DNA of 64,000 bases from an uncultured Pseudomonadota bacterium (GCA_963736005.1 CAVTNB010000003.1:288001-352000); one strand, 5' to 3'; counted from the first letter of the stretch, positions 20,293 to 30,959 are shown. Numbers and translations are program-made. Notes: generated by a model from the letters alone, not told the origin.

Positions 20293-20332
20293 ATCCATAC
20301 GCCGGGCGTATCACGCCCGGCGTATGGATTTT
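20293..20332. terminator. hairpin between convergent genes (probable terminator)
   Basis: ATCCATACGCCGGGCG-tatca-CGCCCGGCGTATGGAT followed by a T-run. Confidence 0.8.
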
Positions 20333-20335
20333 ATC

Positions 20336-21232
20336 TCAAGCGAGCCATTCGGGATGTAGCTCGGTACTATCAAAATGCGGGCTTACTTTGTAGAGCTCGG
20401 ATTCGCCGTTTTTAGCAGCCTTTGAAGTTCTTGCCAGGAGCTCCACACGTTGCTCTGGCGTCATTGGCGTGAAGGTGTCGATCACGTCTAGTGCTTGTTG
20501 CAAGATTGCCATAGAATCGATCCCCGTGATCGTGACGCTCACTTGGAGGCTCATGGCGTAACGCAGGCACTCTGGTGCGCTGACCGTGTTACTTTTCAAA
20601 ATGAATGGATCACCCATGGGCTTCATACCGAGAACGCCCATCTGCTTCTGCAGCGCCATTGGAAGCACGGTGTGCTCGAAGCTATGATAGTGCGCATCCA
20701 TTACGTTGAGAGGCATTTGTACCGTGTCGAAGCGGAAGTTGTGTTGATCTGCAACCTCGAGCATGTGTCTGTGGATCTCAGGACTCTTGTGGCCAGTGAA
20801 GCCAATGTAGCGTAACTTTCCTTGGTCGCGGGCGCGAAGGACGGCTTCTAGCGCTCCACCTGAGGCGAAAATTTGCTCGGGCTCTTGCATGCGAATCACT
20901 TCGTGGAACTGCAAAAGGTCTACGTGATCGGTCTGAAGGCGCTGCAACGACTCCTCGACCTGTCGCGTGGCGCCTTTGGCGGTGCGGCCATCGATCTTGG
21001 TCATCAGGAATGCCTTCTCGCGATAACCGTCGCGCAGAGCGTTGCCCATTCGTCGTTCGCTCTCGCCCTCGCCATAGTCCCAGCTATTGTCGAGAAAGTT
21101 GATGCCATGATCCAGCGCTGTACGCACGATGCGGATTGCAAGCTGCGCATCCTGTGGCTTACTTAAATGGAAGCCACCGATCCCCAAGATTGAGACGCGC
21201 TCACCGGTCTGACCGAGCGTCCGGTATTTCAT
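20336..21232 (-). CDS. aldo/keto reductase
   Basis: MKYRTLGQTG, GINFLDNSWDY, SLQRLQTDHVDLLQFH, GKLRYIGFTGH. Confidence 0.95.
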   Translation of the reverse strand: MKYRTLGQTGERVSILGIGGFHLSKPQDAQLAIRIVRTALDHGINFLDNSWDYGEGESERRMGNALRDGYREKAFLMTKIDGRTAKGATRQVEESLQRLQTDHVDLLQFHEVIRMQEPEQIFASGGALEAVLRARDQGKLRYIGFTGHKSPEIHRHMLEVADQHNFRFDTVQMPLNVMDAHYHSFEHTVLPMALQKQMGVLGMKPMGDPFILKSNTVSAPECLRYAMSLQVSVTITGIDSMAILQQALDVIDTFTPMTPEQRVELLARTSKAAKNGESELYKVSPHFDSTELHPEWLA

Positions 21233-21369
21233 GCAAAACCTCCACATTAAGAGTGCTCGACGAGCCTTCACCCCTGCGTTGCCCCCTCCTCGCGAGTCGT
21301 GACCGAAGGAGAATGCTCGCTTCGGAGGGTACGGGTGTTGACCTTAAGCTAGAGATGAGGGTGAAATTA

Positions 21370-21750
21370 ATGGCTACCGCAAGCAAAATTGGAATCCGAG
21401 GCGTCGATACGACAGCGTACTTGGTCAAGGACCTCGACCGCGCCACGAAGTTTTACACTGACCTGTTGGGCTTTGCCCCGACGCTTGACTTCCAGCCTAT
21501 TGGGGTGGAATGGACGTTTCCGACGGGCGAGACTTTCGGTATCGTCAAGCCACCGAATGCGCCTTGGGAAAAGGGTGGCGGGGTTCACTTCGGAGTTGAT
21601 GATATCAACGCGACGGTTGCAGCCTGCAAGGCGAACGGAATTTCGTTCGAAGATGACGCGAAGATTTACGAGACCCCTGGCTGTTTTCTGGCATTCGCCT
21701 TTGACAGCGAGGGGAACGATTTCATACTCCATCAATTAAAGCCGCGCTGA
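21370..21750 (+). CDS. VOC family protein
   Basis: YLVKDLDRATKFYTDLLG...HFGVDDI...DSEGN. Confidence 0.9.
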   Translation: MATASKIGIRGVDTTAYLVKDLDRATKFYTDLLGFAPTLDFQPIGVEWTFPTGETFGIVKPPNAPWEKGGGVHFGVDDINATVAACKANGISFEDDAKIYETPGCFLAFAFDSEGNDFILHQLKPR

Positions 21751-21886
21751 CCTGGACGTGGGTGGCCGCTAGCCCGTTAGCGGCCCAACTCACCCCAGTG
21801 ATACTGGCCACAACCGACCGGGTCTTTTCATAGGATCCTCACGAAATTCACCGCATCCTAAACGTCGCTGTGACGATGTTTAAGAC

Positions 21887-23245
21887 ATGTTCAGCGCGTT
21901 TCGCTTCTACCTGGCCGTCTTGTCGGCACTCGTCCTTGCCGTAGGTATGGCTTTTTCTGGGTGCGGAGGCGGAGGCTCGACGTTCCCAAGCACGCCTAAC
22001 TCGGCAAGCCCGACACCGGCAGCGTCAGCGACCGTGCCACCGGGTACGATCTATCAAAGTCTCTACAACGCCATAGCGCCCGAAGTCAGTGGCTTTACAA
22101 CTTCCGTCGACCAGAGCTGTCCAAATCCCGGCAACTCGACCGAAGTTTTCGCGGAAGACAATGCGGCGAACAGCAACACCATTTTCACATGGCTGCCAAA
22201 TAAGTCGGCAGCAGAGGTCACTGCCTCAGTCACGAACGCGATTGACTATGCACAATCAATGCAGCAGATGATGGGTATCCAAGGAGTCACGATTGACATC
22301 TCCTATCCCATGCTCGTGAACAACGCGGCAAATCTTCCCAATTCCAATTTTACGACCCAAAACTACTCCGCATATCTTAACTACTACCAGCGAGTTGTCT
22401 CTGGCATTCAAGCTCTTGGCATGAAGGTGAACGTGGAAACGAATATCATCTTTCCGTCGTTACTCACGCCGCCGCAAACGCCAGCGCAATACTACAACGG
22501 CTTGACTGAGACCATGCTCGAAAATGGAGTTGCGGAAGTTGCCCAGCACGTTATCAATGACATCAAACCAAATGATATTGATCTTGCAACCGAACCGTCG
22601 ACGATCGATTACAACACAGGGCTTTCAGGAATCGACACCCCCAGCGGTTTTGCCAGCTACGTCGCCGCAATTCAGGCGCAGATTTCAACCACTGGCTCTT
22701 CAACCATCGAGGGGGCTGGTTCGGACGATTGGGAAACGTACACTTTCTATGCCGACCTGCAGACCAACGGTCAGTCCTTCCAGCACTTCGATATTCATAT
22801 CTACCCGCCCGATTTTCTTCAAACCAATGCGATAGCGTATCTGCAAACTCTAAAGTCAACGGGTGTACCCACATTCGTCACGGAGAATTGGATCGACAAA
22901 GAATCTCAATCTGTCGACCACATGATTATCGTTCAGTCGACCACGATTGAAATTCGTGACGCGTACTCATTCTGGGCGCCGCTCGACGCGCAGTACGTCA
23001 CGACGATACTTCGCTTAGCCAACTGCAACAATGCGCAATTCATCAGCTTTAATCATGTGAATCAACTGTTTGCTTACATCGAATATAATTCGACCACTGC
23101 AAACTACACCTACCCACAAATGCAACAAGCTGAAACATCAGCACGCCAAGCTGCCATCGCAGCCAACACGCTCACGCCCGCCGGTGACGCCATTCGCGCG
23201 TACTTCGGTCTGACGCCCCTTGCTCGATCCAGGCACTCTCGTTAG
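21887..23245 (+). CDS. secreted lipoprotein, possible glycoside hydrolase TIM barrel
   Basis: Lipobox SGC, Pro/Thr linker, TEP...DIHIY...VTE pattern resembling clan GH-A. Confidence 0.6.
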   Translation: MFSAFRFYLAVLSALVLAVGMAFSGCGGGGSTFPSTPNSASPTPAASATVPPGTIYQSLYNAIAPEVSGFTTSVDQSCPNPGNSTEVFAEDNAANSNTIFTWLPNKSAAEVTASVTNAIDYAQSMQQMMGIQGVTIDISYPMLVNNAANLPNSNFTTQNYSAYLNYYQRVVSGIQALGMKVNVETNIIFPSLLTPPQTPAQYYNGLTETMLENGVAEVAQHVINDIKPNDIDLATEPSTIDYNTGLSGIDTPSGFASYVAAIQAQISTTGSSTIEGAGSDDWETYTFYADLQTNGQSFQHFDIHIYPPDFLQTNAIAYLQTLKSTGVPTFVTENWIDKESQSVDHMIIVQSTTIEIRDAYSFWAPLDAQYVTTILRLANCNNAQFISFNHVNQLFAYIEYNSTTANYTYPQMQQAETSARQAAIAANTLTPAGDAIRAYFGLTPLARSRHSR

Positions 23246-23306
23246 CGCAGCCTGACTCTTCGGGCCCGGAGGATCGGACCGTCCACAAAAGGGATATTCT
23301 GGGTCC

Positions 23307-23915
23307 ATGCCGCTGCAAAACAGGGTTACTCCATTTGGCGAGATCGTCGCGCTCACTGGGCGTGGCCTCGTGATGGGTAACCGTGGCATCTTGCATGATG
23401 ATGAGAGGCGCATAGTCCGATACTCACAAGTGCGACGCTGGTTGGCCTGCCGAACAGAGTTCCGTGGAATTCGCCGCGTCATCATGCGGCCGCACTCGTA
23501 CACCGAACTCTTTTTTCTCGACGAGGCGACCGCGTTCGCCGCAGGGCATAGGCCATGTGCCGAGTGCAGGTACGCTGACTATCAACGATTCCGAACCCTA
23601 TGGGCGAATTGCCATGGCGAGCCGGTGAACGCTGACCTCATCGATAGACAACTCCATTGTGATCGGCTCGCCGGACGGCGCGCCAAACGTACCTACCTGG
23701 GTGATCTCGTCAATCTTCCAGATGGTGCATACATCGCCATGGACGATCGCGCGTGGCTCGTCTGGGGCACCACACTTTTCGGCTGGTCAGCGCTCGGGTA
23801 CACGGAACGGCGCCGGCGCTCAACACACGGCAAGGTAGACGTGCTAACTCCGCGGTCTACGGTTGCCGTCTTGGCGGCCGGCTACCGTGTGGCTATCCAT
23901 CCGAGCGCGACGTAA
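23307..23915 (+). CDS. conserved hypothetical protein with Ada-like Zn motif
   Basis: MPLQNRVTPFG, MGNRG.LH, YTELFFLDEATA.AAGHRPCAECR. Confidence 0.85.
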   Translation: MPLQNRVTPFGEIVALTGRGLVMGNRGILHDDERRIVRYSQVRRWLACRTEFRGIRRVIMRPHSYTELFFLDEATAFAAGHRPCAECRYADYQRFRTLWANCHGEPVNADLIDRQLHCDRLAGRRAKRTYLGDLVNLPDGAYIAMDDRAWLVWGTTLFGWSALGYTERRRRSTHGKVDVLTPRSTVAVLAAGYRVAIHPSAT

Positions 23916-24270
23916 GTCGCTGGGCGATTTGCCAATCGTTGCCGCACGGGTCCTTGACCATCGCGCGGCGATCCCCATACGGCAAATCTTGCGGTCCCTC
24001 CAGCGACACGGCACCTGCTTCCAATGCCCTCCGGTAGGTCGCATCGACGTCATCAACATAGAGGTAGAGAAAAGCAGGCATCGGATCGCGCGGACCGACC
24101 CCATTTACCATGACCATCGAGTCGCCAATTCTCAGCTGCGACGGTGTGTCCGTGGCAAACTCTCCTGTTGCGCCGAACGCGTGCTTGAGGAACCGTACGA
24201 GTTTGGCCGGATCCTGAACCACCAGCCGAGGAGTGATGCTATGCCAACCTTCAGGAATCGATTTCGCCAT
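23893..24270 (-). CDS. VOC/PhnB-like glyoxalase
   Basis: IPEGWHSITPRL, YVDDVDATYRRALEAGA, YGDR..MVKDP.GN.W. Confidence 0.92.
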   Translation of the reverse strand: MAKSIPEGWHSITPRLVVQDPAKLVRFLKHAFGATGEFATDTPSQLRIGDSMVMVNGVGPRDPMPAFLYLYVDDVDATYRRALEAGAVSLEGPQDLPYGDRRAMVKDPCGNDWQIAQRLTSRSDG

Positions 24271-24708
24271 CTAACGTACAAATCGCACGGTGATCGGATA
24301 GCGGTACGGTTCGCCCTTATTCGTTCGAACCGACGCGATAACCACGCTTACGAAATCGATAATGATAAGAATTACGAAGAAGAGCATGACCACCAGCAGG
24401 AGGATTGGAGGATAAGGCTTGGCTACCGATCCGTGAACTGTTAAGGCGATCGCAGAGATGAAGGTTGCAATATAGGCGATCATCAGAACGAACCAACAGA
24501 TCGATATAAGAATCTGAAAGTTCAATGCTTCACGCCCAGCGAACGCGATGAACGGATCATCGTCCTTCTTGATGAGATAGACGATCAGAGGACCTAAAAT
24601 ATTGCCGAACGGCGCTCCTAAGAATATGGCAAACGCAGAGAGATGACAGACGGTTGCCCAATTGCGCGCGTTGGCGTCGGGTAGAGTCGATGCTTCAACC
24701 ACGAGCAC
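24271..24708 (-). CDS. DUF4870 membrane protein
   Basis: WATVCHLS, GPLIVYL.KK, EALNFQI, G.PYRYP. Confidence 0.9.
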   Translation of the reverse strand: MLVVEASTLPDANARNWATVCHLSAFAIFLGAPFGNILGPLIVYLIKKDDDPFIAFAGREALNFQILISICWFVLMIAYIATFISAIALTVHGSVAKPYPPILLLVVMLFFVILIIIDFVSVVIASVRTNKGEPYRYPITVRFVR

Positions 24709-24829
24709 GTCCTTCCATCAACAAGTCTTTATATCCGTCAGATTAGAGTTGTTAAGGGCCCTAGGGTGGAAAGGCATCGCCATATCAAGCCTGCACAAGA
24801 CTTGCGCGTCATGAAAATGAGGAGCAAAT

Positions 24830-25984
24830 ATGTTCATGCACCGGCTGATGATATCTCTCGTTGCGCTTTTGACCATCGCTTTTCTAGATGTTCCGACCGC
24901 GGCAATGGTACAACCCGGGCAGCCGTCTACATCGATCAGTCAACCGGCACCGAGCGGACTCGCGGTCGTTATAGAGGATGTGCCGCAAAGCTCATCATTA
25001 GATTTGAAAACATTGAATAATCCATATATCAGCGGCGTTGCCTTGCAAATCCACTGGAGCGACATCGAGCCTGTCGAAGGGAAACCGGACTGGTCGAAGC
25101 TGGACGCACTGTTCGCCGCAGCGCAGACCTCAAAGAAATGGGTGCACCTCCTCATCTTCCCCGGCTTCTTTACGCCTGCGTGGGCGCTCAAGGGCGTAAA
25201 AACCGAAATGTTCGCAATCCAATATGGACCCGGACACGGCACAGTCGAGAAACTTCCGATGCCCTGGAATAAGCTCTACCTCAACCGTTGGTTTGCATTC
25301 TTGAGTCAACTGAGCACTAGGTACGGAAACTCGCCTGCGTTTAGAATGGTTGCAGCAGACGGACCGACGTCGGTTTCTGCGGAGTGCACATTACCAAACA
25401 CGCCGAAGGATCTTAAAAAGTGGCAATCTCTCGGCTATCTGCCGTCTAAATACATTGGGGCATGGCAGCAGGTCTTCCAAGTTTATTCAACCGACTTTCC
25501 CAATCAATACATTTCTTTCTCGGCAGGGGCCGGGCAAGTGGGCATCAATGACCAGGGCCAAATCGAGCCAGGAGGTCAGGCCAGCACGAGACAGGCCATC
25601 GTCGACGCAGCGATGACCACCTTGGGTCGCCGATTCGTCCTTCAGTCGAGTAACGTGCATGCCGGCGCTGGTCCACACAGCCCCAATTCAGAAACTGATG
25701 ATAAATTTGTCATTGACTATAGTGGACGCGTTACTACGGGTCTGCAAATGCGCAGCGCCGCCGAGAACAGCAGCGGCGTGATGGGTGCTCAGGGAAATGC
25801 GCCCCTGGCCTTGCGAAGATCGATCGATCTTGCCATGGAGCCGAACTCTTCGGGTCAACATATAAATTATCTGGAAATTTATGAACCCGACGTGTTGGCT
25901 GAGGAAATGCAATCCGTGCTGAGTTATGGAGCGTCCCTCTTCAAGCCTCGGCCGCCCGTGCTGCCTCGGACTACTCCGCAATAG
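24830..25984 (+). CDS. secreted glycoside-hydrolase-like protein
   Basis: Signal peptide; WSDIEP.EG..DWS.LD, P.W, PMPWN resemble GH42/35-like barrels. Confidence 0.65.
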   Translation: MFMHRLMISLVALLTIAFLDVPTAAMVQPGQPSTSISQPAPSGLAVVIEDVPQSSSLDLKTLNNPYISGVALQIHWSDIEPVEGKPDWSKLDALFAAAQTSKKWVHLLIFPGFFTPAWALKGVKTEMFAIQYGPGHGTVEKLPMPWNKLYLNRWFAFLSQLSTRYGNSPAFRMVAADGPTSVSAECTLPNTPKDLKKWQSLGYLPSKYIGAWQQVFQVYSTDFPNQYISFSAGAGQVGINDQGQIEPGGQASTRQAIVDAAMTTLGRRFVLQSSNVHAGAGPHSPNSETDDKFVIDYSGRVTTGLQMRSAAENSSGVMGAQGNAPLALRRSIDLAMEPNSSGQHINYLEIYEPDVLAEEMQSVLSYGASLFKPRPPVLPRTTPQ

Positions 25985-25995
25985 TCTTACTGCCC

Positions 25996-26484
25996 TTATT
26001 TCGACGAAGTAGTACCCCACGTCCAGCCCTGCGCTTTCCACGCAGCGCCCGTTTTTGCCAGTACGAACGTCCAAGTTCCAGTTTGGGTAACCGGCTTTCC
26101 ATTTTGCACGGCGGTGAAGATCGTCGGCACAACCATATAAGCTCGATTACCAGTCTGCTCCCAAAATTGAATTGCCTGATGCGTGACGTGCGGCTTCGTC
26201 ATATTATTGGCCTTCATCCATTCGTTAAAGCCGACCCACCATTTGGCACTGGCACCAGGGCCATCCCAGCGGTAGGGAGAGAAGTTGTCAAAGATGACTG
26301 CGTCGGCCGTGTGTGCACTGTTCCACGACGACTCGTTACCGGCATTGAGGGCGTTGAATGTCGTGACGATGGGCGCCATCAAGGCGCTGCTTGGGCCTTT
26401 GGTTGCTGCCTGCGATAAGGACATGAGCGTACCCGTCAAGGCGATTATCAGCGCGCAAGCGGCAAAGCGAGAATCAACCTTCAT
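25996..26484 (-). CDS. secreted SnoaL/NTF2-like protein
   Basis: Signal peptide; AYMVVPT, G.WTFVL...WK...W.W; GGAGAGG RBS. Confidence 0.8.
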   Translation of the reverse strand: MKVDSRFAACALIIALTGTLMSLSQAATKGPSSALMAPIVTTFNALNAGNESSWNSAHTADAVIFDNFSPYRWDGPGASAKWWVGFNEWMKANNMTKPHVTHQAIQFWEQTGNRAYMVVPTIFTAVQNGKPVTQTGTWTFVLAKTGAAWKAQGWTWGTTSSK

Positions 26485-26530
26485 TGAAGTCCTCTCCTAA
26501 CATTGGGGCCTCCTTCGACGGAAATGGTGC

Positions 26531-27130
26531 CTATGCACTCGCAGGCAACGGCGACACCGGCCATGGGTTGTGGAGTGCAAGCCGCCGGATACCCTTGGGA
26601 TAGGTGGTCGGATGCAATCGCTCCCAGTCCTTAGAGAGAACCGTCACGTATTCAAAGTTTTCCCACAGGGCGCTACTCCCAGTAGCATCACGACTGAATG
26701 CGGTGAAACGCTCTAGAACGTTCCAGTTTCGAATGACGACAAAACAATAGCGATCAAGGAACAGCTTCTCATCGACAATCCCGTTCTTCACGAGAATTCC
26801 AAGCTCTTCGATACTGTTCCCAATGAGAACTGCCGCTTGGCGAAGTTCGACATATCCAGGCACAACGTCAAGGGTCGGCAGGCCTCGCCCGAGACCAACA
26901 ATATAGCCTCGGAATGTTGCGTCTTCAAGCGCGGACTTCAGCTGCCCAGAAACAAGATGTTGCGCCTCCTGAAACGCCTTGCTTTGGAACCTCTCTCCGA
27001 TATTGAGCATCGCATTGATCTGGTTTCCCGTCCGCAAGTGCCGTAGTTGCACCAGCGCTGCGATGGCGGTTGCAGCCACGATGACAACCGTCATGACGGT
27101 TCCGAAAGTATTAATGAGCTCGAGCGACAT
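26531..27130 (-). CDS. DUF4760-like protein
   Basis: N-terminal TM ATAIAALVQLRHLR..NQ; WENFEY; YPKG. Confidence 0.75.
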   Translation of the reverse strand: MSLELINTFGTVMTVVIVAATAIAALVQLRHLRTGNQINAMLNIGERFQSKAFQEAQHLVSGQLKSALEDATFRGYIVGLGRGLPTLDVVPGYVELRQAAVLIGNSIEELGILVKNGIVDEKLFLDRYCFVVIRNWNVLERFTAFSRDATGSSALWENFEYVTVLSKDWERLHPTTYPKGIRRLALHNPWPVSPLPASA

Positions 27131-27285
27131 GGGGACCTCCAACCACAGATGCGGCTGCACCTAAGAAAGGCAGCAGCTGATACCCCATTAGTTTGGGTCG
27201 CCGGACGACGTGACCTCGATGGTGAGACTCATAGGACAATCACCATTCCTCCCAAACCTGTGCACCAAGCATGGGAGGTAACAAC

Positions 27286-27837
27286 ATGTCGCAAGAAACC
27301 TTGGCCACCGCGGCCGCCATCGGTACCTTTGTCGTCATAGCCGCGACCGCGATCGCAGCCGTCGTGCAGCTGCGTCATCTGCGGGCGCAGAATCAGTTGA
27401 CCGGCTTGCTCACGGTCTTGGCACGCGTGGAGGATCCGCAATTCAACGCGTGGGTAGATGCTGCGAGGAAAGTGATAAAATCGCGCATGTCCGAGCCAGC
27501 TTACCGACGCTCAATCGTGGACGGGACCTTTGAGCGCGATAGCAACCCGTGGTTAAACCTGGGAAATTCGTATGACTGGGTTGGCAGCCTCGTCAAGCAT
27601 AAGCTTATTCCTGAGGAGTCGCTGCTCGATGTGTATTCGGGCCGAGTTATTCAGGCGTGGGATATCGTTGAGAGCCTCGTCCCATTGATGCGTAGGCGGG
27701 GAGGTCAGGCGGTGTGGGAAAATTTTGAATACTTAGTCGTTCGAGCACGCGAATGGAACGTGCAAAATCCGAAAGGCGCTTATCCGAAAGGCGTGCCAAG
27801 ATTGCCGATTGATATCATGTGGCCCGAGCTCGCGTAG
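27286..27837 (+). CDS. DUF4760-like protein, paralog of 26531-27130
   Basis: ATAIAAVVQLRHLR..NQ; WENFEY; YPKG; GGAGG RBS. Confidence 0.75.
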   Translation: MSQETLATAAAIGTFVVIAATAIAAVVQLRHLRAQNQLTGLLTVLARVEDPQFNAWVDAARKVIKSRMSEPAYRRSIVDGTFERDSNPWLNLGNSYDWVGSLVKHKLIPEESLLDVYSGRVIQAWDIVESLVPLMRRRGGQAVWENFEYLVVRAREWNVQNPKGAYPKGVPRLPIDIMWPELA

Positions 27838-27919
27838 ATAGCTCGTGTGGCCGCGATTGTCGGTTGCCTTGGAGCGCCTTACGAGTTTCTTGCTGCTCTT
27901 CTGTCACTGGCAAATGTTT

Positions 27920-28792
27920 TTATCCCGCTGGGTCACCGTGACGGGATCTGGAGCCATACCGTGAGGCATAGGCTCGCGTCATCACAGCTCCCAAGAGATA
28001 GATTTGCGCTGAATAATATAGCCATACGAGAATGACGATCATCGCCGTCGCTCGGCCATATTCAGTTTCTAATCCGCTGCGCACCATAAAGAATCCGATG
28101 CAAAATTGACCAGCGATGAACAGGATCGCGGTACTCGCCGCACCCACCCAGACGTCGGTCCACCGCACGTCCGTATCGGGCAAGACCTTGAACGTGACTC
28201 CGAATAGCAGCGTCGTTGCCGCAAGCGATATGAGAAGGTTGATCGCGTACAAGGACCACCCGGGAACCGGAGTCTGTCCAACCGCAGCATGATTTGCTGC
28301 CGCGATAAAAGTCGTCACGGCAACTAACGCGAGGATCAGAAGCACTGATCCAGCGACGAGGAGCACTGACAGAGCGCGTCGGCGAAGCGAGGAGACAATT
28401 CCACTGCCGCTGCGTGGCTTGACTTCCCATACGGTGTCGAGCGTCTGTTTGAGTTGTTCGAAGACGCCGGCTGCTCCAACAAGCAACAATATAGTGCTCA
28501 CGATGGACGGCACAAAGGTCGGCGACCGCTTCGAGAAGCTGGAAGCGAGCCCACGAATGATGCCGGTTGCATGCGAGCCGATGAGTGTCTTGAGCGGTCC
28601 CAAAATATCTGTCTGGGCCGCGCTTCTCCCAACGAAGACTCCTCCGACTTCTGTCAGGATGATGAGCAACGGCCCAAGCGACAAAGCCAGGTAAAAGGCG
28701 AGCCCGGCTGCTTGAAGAGATAAGCGATTCATCTGCCATTGGCGGATCGCGTCTCGCACGAGGAGGTCGAAAGCTTGGATTGACTGGCGCAC
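27920..28792 (-). CDS. YihY/BrkB family membrane protein
   Basis: AAGLAFY..LSL.P, F.QL...L..VW, VLPD, WLYYSAQI.L.GA. Confidence 0.92.
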   Translation of the reverse strand: MRQSIQAFDLLVRDAIRQWQMNRLSLQAAGLAFYLALSLGPLLIILTEVGGVFVGRSAAQTDILGPLKTLIGSHATGIIRGLASSFSKRSPTFVPSIVSTILLLVGAAGVFEQLKQTLDTVWEVKPRSGSGIVSSLRRRALSVLLVAGSVLLILALVAVTTFIAAANHAAVGQTPVPGWSLYAINLLISLAATTLLFGVTFKVLPDTDVRWTDVWVGAASTAILFIAGQFCIGFFMVRSGLETEYGRATAMIVILVWLYYSAQIYLLGAVMTRAYASRYGSRSRHGDPAG

Positions 28793-28929
28793 AGATGACC
28801 TTGCAAGTTCGGCTGCGAACTTGCGCTGACCTAGCCCGCGACGGTGCTCCGAAGGAACCCGCGGAGGTGCACGTATTTGAGGTGCGCAACTGATAACATA
28901 TTCCGTAGTGGTGAAAGGCAGGTAGGCGC

Positions 28930-29694
28930 ATGCGCTGGATAAAGAACTTTGCGGTACCGTGCGTGATCCTGTTTGGAATCATGACCCTTGACGTGCGCGC
29001 AAGTGTGTCGCCTGGGACACCCGTTCCTGCAATCGTATTGCGAGCCGCTGCGGTGTATGCTACCAATGTGCGCGGCATCATCGGCATGCAACGTCACTTC
29101 TCGACAGTGCTTCACGCCGGACCGTTTCATCATACGGAGGACAGCGACAGCGGGCAATTAATGAGCGACGGGACATTTGTGAAGATCAAGTACATCAGAA
29201 TCGCCGATGATAATAAAGCATTTAGCGCACAACAGATCGCTCAGCGCGACTCGCAAACGAATCAGGACTGGGCTGTGGGGAAGATCTTCTTCAAAGAGCC
29301 TTATGACAAGCGCTTCATCGGCGATTATGTCTTCGACCCCCCGCAAGCATGCGCGGCGTGCCCCGCGGGAACCGTTGCCGTCGCCTTTGGGAGTGGCATC
29401 AAAGACACGCAACATGGCAGCGGAACGATGTGGATCGAGCTGGCGAACGGCCGCGTCGATAGGCTGACATACATCCCAAACGTGCTTCCGTCACATTCCA
29501 CCTTCGGCACTGTGACGGAGACGAGCGGATGGGCGATGCCCAACGTCTGGTACGTGACTCGAATTGACGGCACGTATCAAGGCACAGCTTTTCTGCTAAG
29601 AGGCACGGGGACGTTTACGGGTGTGTTCGACCACTTCCAGCGCTTTTCAGCGGTGACACAAGGCGAGGCTGCGCTTCATGACGGCACAATTTAA
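28930..29694 (+). CDS. secreted hypothetical protein
   Basis: Signal peptide, beta-rich body, single CxxC. Confidence 0.7.
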   Translation: MRWIKNFAVPCVILFGIMTLDVRASVSPGTPVPAIVLRAAAVYATNVRGIIGMQRHFSTVLHAGPFHHTEDSDSGQLMSDGTFVKIKYIRIADDNKAFSAQQIAQRDSQTNQDWAVGKIFFKEPYDKRFIGDYVFDPPQACAACPAGTVAVAFGSGIKDTQHGSGTMWIELANGRVDRLTYIPNVLPSHSTFGTVTETSGWAMPNVWYVTRIDGTYQGTAFLLRGTGTFTGVFDHFQRFSAVTQGEAALHDGTI

Positions 29695-29884
29695 CCCATC
29701 GTTACCTCGGCGCCACGCCGAAACCCCAAACCTAGCGATTTCCGCACAGGACCGCTACAGACTCAAATTCGAACAAATACGACATTAAGTCCAGTCTCCG
29801 ATTGGGCGACCATGAGTTTCACGCCAGTGAAGCCTTGACTTACCCGACACTTGTTTGGTCGCGGTGTCGAACGAAAGGAAATTT

Positions 29885-30346
29885 ATGAAACGAGCAATCT
29901 TAGGGGTAGCCCTTATGGTCCTTGCCACGTTCAGTTTGGTGAGCATTTCGTCGGCGACAATGACGTCGAAGGCGAACGCATTGGCGCCCACGATCGTCAT
30001 GCCTGATGATCTCAAATGGGCGCCGGTCAACGGCCTCACCGGGGTTCAGATGGCTGTGGTTTGGGGTGATCCGAATAAGCCTGGACCGTACATAATACGC
30101 CTGAAACTCGTTGACGGCGCAATGGCACCACCACATTGGCATCCCGATGATGAGCGCGCAACGGTTCTCAGCGGAACGTTCATGGTCGGCGTGGGTGATA
30201 CGGTCGACCCCTCAAAGATGAAGGCACTCGGTGCTGGAGCATTTGTCTTCATTCCAAAAGGCGTGCACCACTACGCGCAGGCCAAGGGCGCGACCATCGT
30301 TCAGGTCAGCGGGATGGGTCCGTTCGTGATGAATATGGTAAAGTAA
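29885..30346 (+). CDS. secreted cupin (DUF4437-like)
   Basis: GDP.KPGPY, PPHWHP.DE..TVLSG, P.GVHHYA, G.GPF. Confidence 0.88.
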   Translation: MKRAILGVALMVLATFSLVSISSATMTSKANALAPTIVMPDDLKWAPVNGLTGVQMAVVWGDPNKPGPYIIRLKLVDGAMAPPHWHPDDERATVLSGTFMVGVGDTVDPSKMKALGAGAFVFIPKGVHHYAQAKGATIVQVSGMGPFVMNMVK

Positions 30347-30354
30347 GGTATCAG

Positions 30355-30383
30355 GCCGCGCCTGCTCATCGAGCAGGCGCGGC
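30355..30383. terminator. hairpin between convergent genes
   Basis: GCCGCGCCTGCTC-atc-GAGCAGGCGCGGC, 13-bp stem. Confidence 0.65.
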
Positions 30384-30401
30384 GTCCTCATATCCCCGAT
30401 A

Positions 30402-30959
30402 TCAACCCCGCTCGTTCAATATGGTCAACAGCTCGTCGGTTGTGGCCGTCTCACCGATCCGAGGAAAAATCTTTTCGATGCTGTGTCGGTGCGCGTCGGC
30501 GTCAAGGTCAGTCATCGCATCCACTACTAGCACGACGTTATAGCCGCGATCGTACGCGTTACGCGCCGTCGACTCCACGCCGCGGCTCGTCGAGATTCCA
30601 GTGAAGACGACCTGGGTTACCTTGATTCGACGCAAGAATTGCTCCAAAGAGGTCCCATAGAACGCACCCACTTGCAGCTTGGTCACCGTGTGATCGCTCG
30701 GCTGCCGATCGAGCTCGGGAATCAGCTCCGTCCAGTCAGCCGGTGGTTTGAAATTTGATTTGACGTCGGTGCGCCCCGGAGCAAGAGCGGTGACGTTGAC
30801 GAGAACGACCGGCAAGCGATGCTCGCGGAAGGCCCGCGCTAGGCGCGCAACCCGATCGATGATTTCAGACGCGGGGTGAATGGTCGGCATTGCGACGACG
30901 CCTTTTTGCATGTCGATCACAACTAAGGCGGCAACACTGTCGATTTGCGTGAGTGGCAT
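30402..30959 (-). CDS. isochorismatase family hydrolase
   Basis: ALVVIDMQKG, TK...GAFYGT, GISTSRGVESTAR.AYDRGY. Confidence 0.92.
   Translation of the reverse strand: MPLTQIDSVAALVVIDMQKGVVAMPTIHPASEIIDRVARLARAFREHRLPVVLVNVTALAPGRTDVKSNFKPPADWTELIPELDRQPSDHTVTKLQVGAFYGTSLEQFLRRIKVTQVVFTGISTSRGVESTARNAYDRGYNVVLVVDAMTDLDADAHRHSIEKIFPRIGETATTDELLTILNERG

Noticed and set aside
645..24270. Five VOC-family genes as one system
   Set aside because: Dispersed, divergent subfamilies that are common in soil bacteria; no shared context.
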